From an uncultured Pseudomonadota bacterium (GTDB lineage Bacteria > Pseudomonadota > Alphaproteobacteria > Rhizobiales > Xanthobacteraceae): a stretch of 64,000 bases of DNA. Position 1 is the first letter of the stretch. Each line of letters begins with the position of its first letter. The DNA lies in NCBI GenBank assembly GCA_963729395.1, contig CAVSOS010000013.1:2663-66662 (forward strand), given 5' to 3'. The notes below the pieces were generated by a model. That model searched no databases. It saw only the letters and a list, made by a program, of their open reading frames with translations, and had not been told where the DNA came from. This document shows, in pieces, positions 50,341 through 60,470 of this stretch. The position numbers and the translations under genes are program-made.

Positions 50341-51401
50341 GTGGCTGACGGCGTCAGGAGAGACGAGGAGTTTTCCGGCACCAAGCCGGTCGAGGAGCGG
50401 CATCGGATCGACGAGGCGCGCCTCGACGGCTGGATGCGCGAAAACGTCGAGGGCTATCAGGGACCGCTGACCGTCCTGCAATTCAAGGGCGGTCAGTCGA
50501 ACCCGACCTATCGGCTCGATACGCCCGGCCGCTCCTATGTGATGCGCCGCAAGCCGTTCGGCAAAGTTGCTGCCGTCGGCGCATGCGGTCGATCGCGAAT
50601 TCCGGGTCATCGCCGCGCTCGGCAAGCAGGGCTTTCCGGTCGCGAAGGCCTATGCGCTGTGCACCGACGACAGCGTGATCGGCGCGGCGTTCTACATCAT
50701 GTCGATGGAAGAGGGCCGGGTGTTCTGGGATCCGACGCTGCCGAGCCAGACGCCGGAGGCGCGGCGCGCGATCTTCACCAGCAAGATCGAGACGCTGGCG
50801 AAACTGCACAGCTACGATCCGCAGGCGATCGGGCTTGGCGATTTCGGCAAGCCCGGCAATTATTTCGCGCGCCAGGTCGATCGCTGGACCAAGCAATACC
50901 GGGCGTCCGAAACCCAGCACATTCCCGAATTCGAAAAGCTCATCGAATGGCTGCCGAAAACCGTGCCGCAGCAGGAGCGCGTTTCGATCGTCCACGGCGA
51001 CTATCGCCTCGACAACATGATCTTCCACGCCACCGAGCCGCGGGTGCATGGCGGTGCTGGACTGGGAACTGTCGACGCTCGGCGATCCGATGGCGGACTT
51101 CACCTATCTGCTGATGCAGTGGACCATGCCCGGTCTCGCCAATGTCGACCTCAAGGCGCTGAACATTCCGAGCATGGAAGAGGCGGCGCAGATCTATTGC
51201 AACGTCACCGGCAGCGCCGTTCCCGACCTGAACTGGTATTTTTCCTACAATCTGTTCCGGCTCGCCGGCATCACCCAGGGCATCGCCGGCCGCGTTCGCG
51301 ACGGCACCGCGGCGAACGCCAAGGCGATGGAATCCGCCAAGCGCACGGTGCCGCTGTCAAAGGCCTCGTGGGAATACGCGCAGAAGGCGGGGGCGGTGTA
51401 G
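50341..51401 (+). CDS. Phosphotransferase (APH/ACAD10-11-like), two frameshifts (~50567, ~51047)
   Basis: GGQSNPTY, HAVDRE, HGDYRLDN and VLDWELSTLGDP across three ORFs. Confidence 0.85.
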
Positions 51402-51402
51402 C

Positions 51403-51556
51403 CGTGTCCCGGACGCGGTGCAGCGTCGCTTGACGGTGCACCGCAGAGCCGGGACCCACGCGAAGTGAGAACAAGAAATCAGAACAAAGAAGTCAGAACG
51501 CGATGGACCCCCGGATCAGCAGCTCAGCGTTGCACGCTGCGCAGCATCCGGGGCAC
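51403..51556. repeat. REP/BIME-like palindromic pair; related copy at 53541..53692
   Basis: GTGTCCCGGACGCGGTGCAGCG...GCAGAGCCGGGACCCA and TGGACCCCGGATCAGCAGC...GCATCCGGGGCAC in both places. Confidence 0.85.
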
Positions 51557-51879
51557 AACGTTCTCGTTCGAGCTGGCTACTCCACCAGTTCTGCAAACCG
51601 TTCTGCCTGACGGGCAAATCACTCAACGGCCTGTCCAGCCCCGCTCGCAAAAATATTCCCGTTCACTTCTGACCCAAATCACTTCTACATCTATCGCCAT
51701 CCCGCGCCCGCAAGAGCAACTGTGCTGTTAGTTGGGTAGACCGGTCATCGGTCGGCCTCAAGGCTGGCGCTGACGCGCCCCCGCCTTTGGCGGCTGACGG
51801 CCTTGACCCCGCCCGTTTACCGGTCTGGCGGACGGTCATGCGCTTGGTCGGGGACCGAGCGCAGTAAGAGCGCTCGCAG

Positions 51880-52842
51880 TCAAGCGATAGCGTGAGCGCC
51901 AGGATTCCATTTCTGGCGGCGTGCGAGCATGGTGTTGAGGATGATGATCAGCTTGCGCATGCAGGCGACGAGCGCAACCTTCGGCTCCTTTCCCTTAGCA
52001 ATCAGACGCTGATAGAAGACCCCAAGCACCGGGTTGTTCTGTGTCGCTGCGCCGAGACAGGGCATGTAGATGGCGTTTCTGACCCAGCGGCGGCCGCCCT
52101 TGATGTGGCGCTCGCCGCGCCGCTTGCCGCTATCGTCGTCATAAGGAGCGAGCCCGACCAAGGCCGCGGCGACCTCGTCGCTGACCTGTCCGAGCTCTGG
52201 CATCCCCGCAATAAGGATTGCGGACGTCGTTTGCGCGAGGCCCGGAACACTCTGGATGATCTCGGCCCGCTCGGCGAACTCCGGTGTGGCTTTGATCTTG
52301 GCGGAGATTGCGACCTCAAGCTTGTCGATTTCGGCGGCGAGGCTCTTCAAGATGCGCGCATGGGCCTTCCGAGCCGGTTCCGGTGCTGCATGCTCGTTCT
52401 GAGCTTGCAGTCGGATCTTGACGTCCATCAGAGCCTTGCGCGCTTTCGCCAGCCCTGCGAGTTCCTCACGCGCGGCATCGGGAACCTGGCCGGGTGCCTG
52501 GCTAAACGTTTCAGCGAACCAGGCGATCATCTCCGCGTCGATCGGATCGTTCTTCGCCAAACGCCCGGCCGACAGCGCAAAATTGCGGACCCGCCTGGGA
52601 TCGACAATCCGCACCTCGATGCCGGCGTTGTGTAGCACGTTGCGCCATTCACGCTCGTAACCGCCACTTGCCTCCATCACCGCCTTGCCCACTTGGTACT
52701 TGCGAAGCCAGACAGTCAGCTTGCGGCGCCCTTGGAGGGTGTTCGGGAAAGTCTGCCGCAATTTGAACCGGCGAATGCAGGCATCCACCTTGTCCTTGGC
52801 CACATCGATACCGACGACAACGAGATCGTTCTGTGCCATCAT
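51880..52842 (-). CDS. IS110 recombinase (DEDD RuvC-like + Tnp domain)
   Basis: GIDVAK, MEASG, KNDPIDA and DDSG catalytic motifs. Confidence 0.95.
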   Translation of the reverse strand: MMAQNDLVVVGIDVAKDKVDACIRRFKLRQTFPNTLQGRRKLTVWLRKYQVGKAVMEASGGYEREWRNVLHNAGIEVRIVDPRRVRNFALSAGRLAKNDPIDAEMIAWFAETFSQAPGQVPDAAREELAGLAKARKALMDVKIRLQAQNEHAAPEPARKAHARILKSLAAEIDKLEVAISAKIKATPEFAERAEIIQSVPGLAQTTSAILIAGMPELGQVSDEVAAALVGLAPYDDDSGKRRGERHIKGGRRWVRNAIYMPCLGAATQNNPVLGVFYQRLIAKGKEPKVALVACMRKLIIILNTMLARRQKWNPGAHAIA

Positions 52843-52844
52843 CC

Positions 52845-53005
52845 ACTCCCTTCCTTGCTCGGTTCGGGCTCGAAGCCCTTTCAACTGTTCGGGTTGAGGA
52901 GGACACCGGAGCTGTCCCTCGCTCTGATCACCAGGCTCTGCCGCCTTTGGGGCGTAACGGGCTCAGTTCCAGCGACGGGCGGTTTTACAGAACCGCCCGT
53001 TCGCT
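52845..53005 (-). ncRNA. Putative IS110 bridge RNA
   Basis: 5' hairpin plus two internal loops whose segments match the target (TACGCCCC, AGAG) and the donor junction (ACAGTTG, CAAG). Confidence 0.8.
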
Positions 53006-53452
53006 CATTCTGGCAGATTTTTCGGACACAAGGGGCGTATCGCGATCGTCACGGACGTTGGGCGCGGGATGCGGTGGACGCGGCATGTCAAAGGACGAAT
53101 GACATTGCGCGCGGACGGCGAAGTCGTGTGGTCGTGACGCCCCGACGCTGGCGTCAAGTTCTTGGCGAAGGAATTCGCGAGAGCGACGGTGGCAATCAAG
53201 CCCGGTCACCGGCGAGAGCACGAAGGAAACCGTTAAAACCATTGCGCAGGGAAGGCCGGGTGTTCCGGTGAACCTGTGGTGACTAACGCGTGTGCTTTCT
53301 ACCACTGCGCACGCGGCTGCGGGTGCAACGGGCACCCGGCTTTTCCTGCGCCCTCTGATTTTCGAGGGCTTCTTCCTGCAAAACTCGGGTGCTTCGCGCC
53401 GCGAGAAGGTGGACGTGCGTTCCTTGGCTGTTTGGAAAATGAATCCGTTGTC

Positions 53453-53533
53453 CGTAGCCCGGATGAGCGAACGCGAAATCCGGGGCCGCGCTGCGTTCGT
53501 TCCCGGATGTCGCTGCGCTCATCCGGGCTACGA
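53453..53533. repeat. GTAG-type REP inverted pair
   Basis: CGTAGCCCGGATGAGCG...CGCTCATCCGGGCTACG. Confidence 0.85.
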
Positions 53534-53696
53534 AGCGGTGCGTGTCCCGGACGCGGTGCAGCGTCTCTTAACGATGCGCCGCAGAGCCGGGACCCATCCG
53601 AAGTCAGAACGACATGTCAGAACAAGATGGACCCCGGATCAGCAGCGCACCACGCCGCAAGAGCGGCGCGTTGCGCTGCATCCGGGGCACGAGCCC

Positions 53697-54482
53697 TCAA
53701 ATCGGCTTGCCCGCATAGGGCATCGAGGCGGTGAGGCCGCCGTCGACCGGGATCGCCTGACCGTTGACGTAAGAAGCGTCGTCGCTGGCGAGGAACAATC
53801 CCATCGCCGCCAGTTCGTGCGGTTGCCCGGCGCGCTTGAGCGGATTGAGCTGGCCGATCTTGCCGTCGGTGCCGCGCTCCTTGGCGTTGTCGAAGATCGG
53901 CTTGGTCATGCCGGTTTCGATCAGGCCGGGACACACCGCATTGATCCGCACGCCGGTGCCGGACAGCGAATAGGCGGTGGTCTGCACCAGGCTGATGACG
54001 CCGGCCTTGCTCGCCGCATAGGGATGACCGCTGGCGCCGGCCTTCAGGCCCGCCACCGAGGCGGTGCAGACGATCGAACCGTATTTCTGCCTGATCATGT
54101 GCGGCATCGCATATTTGACCGCCAGAAAAGGACCGATCAGATTGATGCGCAGGATTTCCTGCCAGTGCTCGACGGTCTGTTCGGGCAGCGGCACCAGCCC
54201 GCCGCTGATGCCGGCATTGGCCCAGATCGCGTCGAGCCGGCCGTAGGCGGACACCGCCTTGTCGATGAAGGCCATCACGTCCTTTTCCGAACCGGCATCG
54301 GCCATCACGGCTTCCGCGGTACCGCCGGCCTTGCGCACCTGCTCGACGGTTTCCTTGACGCCTTCGGTGCGGTCGACCGCGATCAGTTTGGCACCCTCTT
54401 TGGTGAACAACAGCGATGCCGCGCGGCCGATGCCGCTGCCGGCGCCGGTGATGATGACGGATTTGCCCTCGAGGCGGCCCAT
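53697..54482 (-). CDS. Short-chain dehydrogenase/reductase
   Basis: TGAGSGIG, ANAG, YAASK. Confidence 0.93.
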   Translation of the reverse strand: MGRLEGKSVIITGAGSGIGRAASLLFTKEGAKLIAVDRTEGVKETVEQVRKAGGTAEAVMADAGSEKDVMAFIDKAVSAYGRLDAIWANAGISGGLVPLPEQTVEHWQEILRINLIGPFLAVKYAMPHMIRQKYGSIVCTASVAGLKAGASGHPYAASKAGVISLVQTTAYSLSGTGVRINAVCPGLIETGMTKPIFDNAKERGTDGKIGQLNPLKRAGQPHELAAMGLFLASDDASYVNGQAIPVDGGLTASMPYAGKPI

Positions 54483-54694
54483 GAAGTTTCTCCCTGATCG
54501 TTTATGCCGGCCGGCGCTTGCCGCACCACGGAATTTCAAACAAGATTTCAAACGTCAAAGTCATGTCAACGCTAGAGCCTTTCCTTTGACGCGTTTTCTT
54601 TACGCGAACCGGTTTCCACTTCGCTGGAAAACGCTCTATTGAGACGATGCGTGCCCTGACGTACGACACGGCACAGTATTGAAGGAATTTTGCG

Positions 54695-55402
54695 ATGTCC
54701 AACCAAGACCAATCGGCAGTCGTCGCAACGCGCTGGTGGTGGGTGCGCCATGCGCCGGTCCGCAGTGACGGCGGCAACATATACGGCCAGAAGGATATTG
54801 CCTGCGATACCAGCGATCGCGAGGTGTTCGAGGCGGTCGCGAAAATCCTGCCGCGCAACGCGGTTTGGTATGCGAGCAGCCTGATGCGCACGCACCAGAC
54901 CGCGGACGCGATCTGGGCCGCCGGATTTCCAAGACCTTCGGCGATGCCCCACGTCGCAGCCTTTGCCGAACAGCATCTCGGCCAGTGGCAGGGCATGAAT
55001 CGAGCGGCCTTCCTCGCCAGCCGGCTGGTCGGCAGTCACTGGTTCGCCGATATCGATGTGCCCGCGCCCGGCGGCGAAAGTTTCGTGGATCTCTACAATC
55101 GCGTGAAGGGTGCGATCGAGCGCATCAACGTCGAAGCGGCCGGCAAGGACGTGATCGCGGTCGCGCACGGCGGGACCATCAAGGCCGCGCTTGGCCTTGC
55201 GCTCGGCGGCGAGCCCGCCAAGGGGCTTGCCTTCGATATCGACAATTGCTCGGTGACGCGGCTCGATCATTTCGCAAGTGCCGGCCAGGCGAACTGGCGG
55301 CTTCCGATGGTCAACCAGCAGCCCTGGATCGCGGATCCGCGGCATGCCGCCATGCATCAGCCGGCAGGTCCCGAAATCGTGCCGGAAACCAAGCTTGCCT
55401 GA
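54695..55402 (+). CDS. Histidine phosphatase family protein
   Basis: RHA, RTHQTA, EQHLGQWQG, GGES and AHGGTI motifs. Confidence 0.9.
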   Translation: MSNQDQSAVVATRWWWVRHAPVRSDGGNIYGQKDIACDTSDREVFEAVAKILPRNAVWYASSLMRTHQTADAIWAAGFPRPSAMPHVAAFAEQHLGQWQGMNRAAFLASRLVGSHWFADIDVPAPGGESFVDLYNRVKGAIERINVEAAGKDVIAVAHGGTIKAALGLALGGEPAKGLAFDIDNCSVTRLDHFASAGQANWRLPMVNQQPWIADPRHAAMHQPAGPEIVPETKLA

Positions 55403-55492
55403 AGCCAAGCTTGCCTGAAGCATTGTTGTCTGACCTCGTGAACGCTGCTTAGCTCAAAATCGAAACCACAAACTTCACTCTGGGAGAAACGC

Positions 55493-56260
55493 ATGACCTT
55501 GTTCGATATGACCGGAAAAGTCGCCGTCGTCACCGGCTCCTCGCGCGGCATCGGCCGCGCCATCGCCGAAAGGATGGCCGAGCATGGCGCCAGGGTGGTG
55601 ATCTCGTCGCGCAAGCAGCAGGCCTGCGACGCGGTGGCAAAGGCGATCAACGACAAGGCCGGCAAGCAGGTGGCGCTGGCGGTGGCGGCGAACATCTCGA
55701 CCAAGGACGATCTGAAGAATCTCACCGAGGAAACCAACCGCGTGTTCGGCACGATCGACATCCTGGTCTGCAATGCCGCGTCGAATCCCTATTATGGGCC
55801 GCAGGCTGGAATTTCCGACGACCAGTTCCGCAAGATCCTCGACAACAACATCGTCGCCAATCACTGGCTGATCAGCCTCGTGGTGCCGCAGATGATCGCG
55901 CGCAAGGACGGCTCGATCACCATCATCTCGTCGATCGGCGGCCTCAAGGGTTCGACGGTGCTCGGCGCCTATGCGATTTCAAAGGCCGCCGACATGCAGC
56001 TCGCGCGCAACCTGGCCTGCGAATATGGCCCGCACAATGTCCGCGTCAATTGCATCGCGCCGGGCCTGATCAAGACCGACTTTGCCAAGGCGCTGTGGGA
56101 CAATCCGGAAACGCTGAAGGCCTCCACCGCGCGCTCGCCGCTGCTGCGGATCGGCGAGCCCGACGAAATCGCCGGCGCGGCGGTATTTCTGGCCTCGGCG
56201 GCGGGGAGCTTCATGACCGGGCAAACCATCGTGATCGACGGCGGCGCGACGATCAGCTGA
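55493..56260 (+). CDS. Short-chain dehydrogenase/reductase
   Basis: TGSSRGIG, CNAA, YAISK. Confidence 0.93.
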   Translation: MTLFDMTGKVAVVTGSSRGIGRAIAERMAEHGARVVISSRKQQACDAVAKAINDKAGKQVALAVAANISTKDDLKNLTEETNRVFGTIDILVCNAASNPYYGPQAGISDDQFRKILDNNIVANHWLISLVVPQMIARKDGSITIISSIGGLKGSTVLGAYAISKAADMQLARNLACEYGPHNVRVNCIAPGLIKTDFAKALWDNPETLKASTARSPLLRIGEPDEIAGAAVFLASAAGSFMTGQTIVIDGGATIS

Positions 56261-56293
56261 CGTTGCAAAAAGTATCCCGTCGTCCCGGCGCAG

Positions 56294-57763
56294 GAGCCTG
56301 TGAAGAAATCGTCTCAATTTCCGACGAACTGTGATTCACTGGAGGTGTGGGCAGCGACAGTTTTGATGGATCAGAAACATGGCGGGACGAGGCAAGGCTC
56401 GGGTTGTGGTTGCGAACCGGGCCCAACTGTCGTGGGACCTGATCAATCCGGATGGCTGGTTGGCACCGGACCATCGTGCGCGATTGGTGGTGGGGTTCGT
56501 CGAGACGCTCGATTTGACGGTGCTTTACGACAAGGTCGAAGCGCGTGAGGGGACGGCGGGTCGGCCTGCCGCCGACCCGCGTGTGCTGTTTGCGTTGTGG
56601 CTTTTGGCGACGATGGACGGGGTTGGCTCGGCGCGGGAACTGGACCGGTTGACCAGCCAGGATCTGGCCTATCGCTGGGTCGCGTGCGGCGTGCCGGTCA
56701 ACTACCACGGGCTTGCGGACTTCCGGGTGGCGCATGCCGATGTGCTCGACGCTCTGCTCACCGAAACGCTGGCAGTGTTCATGGCGGAGAGACTGTTTGA
56801 CGCCGACGAGATCGTTGTCGACGGCACCAAAATCAAAGCTTCTGCGGGCAAGAGCTCGTACAAGCGCGCGCTGCGTCTGGACGAGGCGGAGGCGGCCGCG
56901 AAGGCCCGTGTCGTCGCCTTGAAAGCCGAGGTCGATGCGGACCCGGCGGCGAGTTCCAAGCGCACCCAAGCGGCGCGGGCACGAGGCCTGCGCGAGACGC
57001 AGGAGCGGATCGAAAAGGCACGTGCCAAACTGGCCGAGATCGAAGCGGAGAAAGCCAAACGCGCCAAGCAGAGCCCGAAAGAGGTAGCCAAGCAAAAAGA
57101 GGCACGGGCGTCGCTCACCGATCCGCAGGCGCGGCGCATGCGGTGCGCGGACGGAGCGGTGCGGGCGAGCTACAATGTGCAGATTGCAGCAACGACGGAT
57201 CATGGCTTCGTCACCGCGATCATGGCGACGGACCGGCGCAACGACAGCGGTCTGGTGCGGCCCATGTTCGAGGCGAGCGAGCAACGGCTCGGGCGGCCGA
57301 TCAAACGCGTGCTGGCGGACACCGGCTTCGCGCAGATCGATGATATTGCAACCCTCAGCAACCGGCCTGAAACGCCCGTCGGCGTCTACATTCATCCACC
57401 CAGGGATCGCACCGACGTCAAGCCGAAGACGCTGCTGGCGCGGCAAAAGCAGCGAGAAAAAGAGCCGCAGACGATCAAGGACTGGCGGCAGCGGATGACC
57501 ACGAACGAGGCAGAGGCGATCATGAAAAAGAGGGGGCGGATCGAACGGGTCAACGCAAACCTCAAGAACCGGGGCTTCGGCACGCTTCTGGTGCGAGGAC
57601 TTGCCAAGGTGCAAGCGATCGGGCTATGGCACGCGCTCGCCCACAACCTCATCATTGCCCTGCGCTTGAGGGCAATGCCTGCTTCCGCAGCGTGAAACCG
57701 GATTGCCTCCCCAACATTACCCGCCGCCCGCAGGCGCCCGCCTTCAGATAGGTTCACAGGCTC
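56294..57763 (+). mobile_element. IS1182-family element inserted in a REP hairpin
   Basis: IRs GAGCCTGTGAA / TTCACAGGCTC; 4-bp TSD GCAG. Confidence 0.9.
56379..57695 (+). CDS. IS1182-family transposase
   Basis: DHRAR, GRPAADP, VDGTKIKASA, TDPQARRM, YNVQ and ADTGF motifs. Confidence 0.92.
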   Translation: MAGRGKARVVVANRAQLSWDLINPDGWLAPDHRARLVVGFVETLDLTVLYDKVEAREGTAGRPAADPRVLFALWLLATMDGVGSARELDRLTSQDLAYRWVACGVPVNYHGLADFRVAHADVLDALLTETLAVFMAERLFDADEIVVDGTKIKASAGKSSYKRALRLDEAEAAAKARVVALKAEVDADPAASSKRTQAARARGLRETQERIEKARAKLAEIEAEKAKRAKQSPKEVAKQKEARASLTDPQARRMRCADGAVRASYNVQIAATTDHGFVTAIMATDRRNDSGLVRPMFEASEQRLGRPIKRVLADTGFAQIDDIATLSNRPETPVGVYIHPPRDRTDVKPKTLLARQKQREKEPQTIKDWRQRMTTNEAEAIMKKRGRIERVNANLKNRGFGTLLVRGLAKVQAIGLWHALAHNLIIALRLRAMPASAA

Positions 57764-57892
57764 GCAGGCCGGGACCCATACGCCGCGTCGCCGCTGTTGG
57801 CTTGCTGCCGAGGACACGTCGTTACAGAGAGGCTAGGGGTTATGGGTCCCGGCGTGCGCCGGGACGACGCAACTATTTTGTCAGCGAATGAT

Positions 57893-59116
57893 TCACTCCA
57901 CCGCCGCGTAGACCAGACTGCGCACCAGCGAACGGAAATATTCGCGCTGGCCGGGGCCCTGCGACATGAAGACGGCAAACAGCTCTTCCTTCGGATCGAT
58001 CCAGAAAAAGGTTCCAGCCATCCCGCTCCAGAAGAACTGGCCGACCGAGCCGGCGAAGGGCGCCATTCCTTCCGTGGTTCGCACCGCAAAGCCGAGGCCG
58101 AAGCTGTGACCCGCCGGCACCAGATGGGATTCGAGCTTCACGCCGGGATCGAGATGGTTGGACGCCATCAATTGCAGGGTCTTGCGGCCGATGATCCGGT
58201 TGCCGTCGAGCACGCCGCCATTGAGCAGCATCTGGCAGAACCGCGCGTAATCCATGGTGGTGGAGACGAGGCCCCCGCCGCCGGATTCCATCACCGGCGT
58301 TTCCAGCATGTTGAAGAGCTGCACTTTTTCGCCGCTCCAGGGATCGACCGGGAACGGCTCGGCGAGCCGATCGGCATTCTCGGGCCCGGTGTGAAATGCG
58401 GTCTCGGCCATCTGCAAGGGCGCGAGGATGCGCTCGGTCAGGAAGGCGCCCAGGGTTTTTCCGGACACGACTTCGATGACGCGGCCGAGAATGTCGGTGG
58501 AGCGGCTGTAGTTCCATTCGGCGCCGGGCTGGCACATCAGCGGCATGCTCGCGACCAATGCGGCGTGTTCGGCATTGCTGATCTTGCGGCTGCGTACGCG
58601 CGACTGCTGGTAAAGCTGCTGCACCAGGCCGTTGCCGGTATGCTCGTAGGCGATGCCCGAGGTGTGCCGCAACAGGTCCTGGATCGTGATCGGCCGCTTC
58701 AGCGGCACGAGCTCGAGCCTGCCGTTGTTTTCGACGCCGACCTTCTGTTCCGAAAATTCCGGAATGTATTTCGCAATCGGATCGTTGAGCAGGAAGTAGC
58801 CTTCCTCGAGCAGCATCATGATGCCGACGGAGACGATCGGCTTGGTCATGGAGAAGATGCGGAACAGGGTATTGTGCGCCATCGGCGCGGGGCTGGCGGG
58901 ATTTTGCCGGCCGAGCGCGTCGAACCAGCCGATCTGACCGCGGCGCGCCACCATCATGGTCACGCCCGGGGTGGTTCCCTTCTCGATGTCGCGCTTGAAC
59001 GCGTCCGACATCCGCTGCAACCGGACCGGAGAAAGCCCGAGCGATTCCGGTTTGGCCTGGGGGAGCGGCGGGGTCTGCGGGGCGGCGGGGTGTTTGGCGG
59101 CGGTTTGCGCGGTCAT
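57893..59116 (-). CDS. Serine hydrolase (beta-lactamase class C-like esterase)
   Basis: FSMTK (SxxK), LLRHTSG, WNYS, WSGMAGT. Confidence 0.92.
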   Translation of the reverse strand: MTAQTAAKHPAAPQTPPLPQAKPESLGLSPVRLQRMSDAFKRDIEKGTTPGVTMMVARRGQIGWFDALGRQNPASPAPMAHNTLFRIFSMTKPIVSVGIMMLLEEGYFLLNDPIAKYIPEFSEQKVGVENNGRLELVPLKRPITIQDLLRHTSGIAYEHTGNGLVQQLYQQSRVRSRKISNAEHAALVASMPLMCQPGAEWNYSRSTDILGRVIEVVSGKTLGAFLTERILAPLQMAETAFHTGPENADRLAEPFPVDPWSGEKVQLFNMLETPVMESGGGGLVSTTMDYARFCQMLLNGGVLDGNRIIGRKTLQLMASNHLDPGVKLESHLVPAGHSFGLGFAVRTTEGMAPFAGSVGQFFWSGMAGTFFWIDPKEELFAVFMSQGPGQREYFRSLVRSLVYAAVE

Positions 59117-59299
59117 GGTCTCTCTCCCTCTTGCTCTTGTTGTTGGCCGGATCGATATCATCGGGGTATGGTCAAGTCTGGCGCAGAACACGGGTGTTGA
59201 ACAGGGCTGGGTTGAACAGGGCGTTAACCGCTTCGCCCTTGCAATCTGGCCTTTGCCTATGCTTGAAACGGCAGATCAGCGGCGACGCTTGGTTCCGAT

Positions 59300-59375
59300 A
59301 GGGGTGTAGCTCAGTTGGTAGAGTACCGGTCTCCAAAACCGGTTGTCGCAGGTTCGAGCCCTGCCGCCCCTGCCA
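59300..59375 (+). tRNA. tRNA-Trp(CCA)
   Basis: 76-nt cloverleaf, CTCCAAA loop, encoded CCA, upstream of secE. Confidence 0.96.
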
Positions 59376-59586
59376 GTTCCGCCTATCTTGACCTTTGCCC
59401 CCTCCCGCAGTACATAGCGGCACCTGCAGCCGGCCCGCTTTGACGGATATCCGGCGCGGCTTTGAATTCCCCGAACAATCGAGCCCGCTTGCCGGCTCAT
59501 CCTTCAAGAGAGGGCTGGGCGCAAGAAGGCTGTTCGGCTTCCCTTAAACCGATAAATCGTCTTACGACGGACGCGGATCATCGACG

Positions 59587-59778
59587 ATGGCATTCAGCCC
59601 GTTCAAATTCCTGCAGGAAGTGCGCTCGGAGACCGCCAAGGTCACCTGGCCGACCCGCCGTGAGACGACCATCACCACGATCATGGTGTTCGTGATGGTG
59701 GCGCTGGCTTCGATTTTCTTTTTCGCCGCGGATCAGATCATCCGCTATCTCGTCACCTTTTTGCTCGGCATCCACTGA
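59587..59778 (+). CDS. secE: Preprotein translocase subunit SecE
   Basis: EVRSETAKVTWPTRRE; synteny. Confidence 0.97.
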   Translation: MAFSPFKFLQEVRSETAKVTWPTRRETTITTIMVFVMVALASIFFFAADQIIRYLVTFLLGIH

Positions 59779-60332
59779 TGGCAAGCGCCGGAACTCAAAT
59801 GATGGACAAGCGCTGGTACATCGTCCACGCCTATTCGAACTTCGAAAAGAAGGTCGCGGAATCGATCCGCGAGCAATCCAAGCAGCGCGGGCTTGAAGAT
59901 TTGTTCGAGCAGGTGCTGGTGCCGACCGAAAAGGTCACTGAAGTGCGCCGCGGCCGCAAAGTCGACGCCGAGCGCAAATTCTTCCCGGGCTATGTCCTGG
60001 TCAAGATGACGCTGACCGACGAAGCGTTCCATCTCATCAAGAATACCCCGAAGGTGACGGGCTTCCTCGGCGCGGAAAACAAGCCGATGCCGATCTCGGA
60101 AGCCGAAGCCATGCGGATCCTGCATCAGGTGCAGGAAGGCGTGGAGCGCCCGAAGGCGTCGGTGTCGTTCGAGATCGGCGAGAATGTGCGCGTGGCCGAT
60201 GGGCCGTTCGCGTCGTTCTCCGGTGTGGTCGAGGAAATCGACGAGGCGCGCTCGCGCGTGAAGGTCGCGGTGTCGATCTTCGGCCGCGCCACGCCGGTCG
60301 AACTGGAATTCGGTCAGGTCGAGAAGGTCTGA
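59778..60332 (+). CDS. nusG: Transcription antitermination factor NusG
   Basis: WYIVHAYS, FFPGYV, KOW motif, IFGRATPVEL. Confidence 0.98.
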   Translation: MASAGTQMMDKRWYIVHAYSNFEKKVAESIREQSKQRGLEDLFEQVLVPTEKVTEVRRGRKVDAERKFFPGYVLVKMTLTDEAFHLIKNTPKVTGFLGAENKPMPISEAEAMRILHQVQEGVERPKASVSFEIGENVRVADGPFASFSGVVEEIDEARSRVKVAVSIFGRATPVELEFGQVEKV

Positions 60333-60470
60333 TCGTGGCCCTTCGCTCCGCCATGGCGGGCGAGGGAGAACAGCCGTGGAAGGGGACTGACGGTCGCCAG
60401 CCGTCATGCGAACCGCACCACGGTCCTGTGAAGCTTCCGGAATCCTCCGGAGCAACATGAGGAGTGCTAG

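Larger units (their letters stand above)
51717..53030 (-). mobile_element. IS110-family element
   Basis: No terminal IRs; 2-nt core (CT on the transposase strand) at both ends; removal restores CAAGAGGGGCGT. Confidence 0.88.
51600..53360 (+). repeat. Long structured non-coding element split by IS110 (halves ~51600..51716 and 53031..~53360)
   Basis: CATCCCGCGCCC (left) pairs with GGGCGCGGGATG (right) across the IS; further hairpins; I recognise it as an abundant Bradyrhizobium intergenic repeat. Confidence 0.65.

Noticed and set aside
51400-53700. Repeat cluster as a CRISPR array
   Set aside because: The repeats are palindromic REP-like units without regular spacers, and there are no cas genes.
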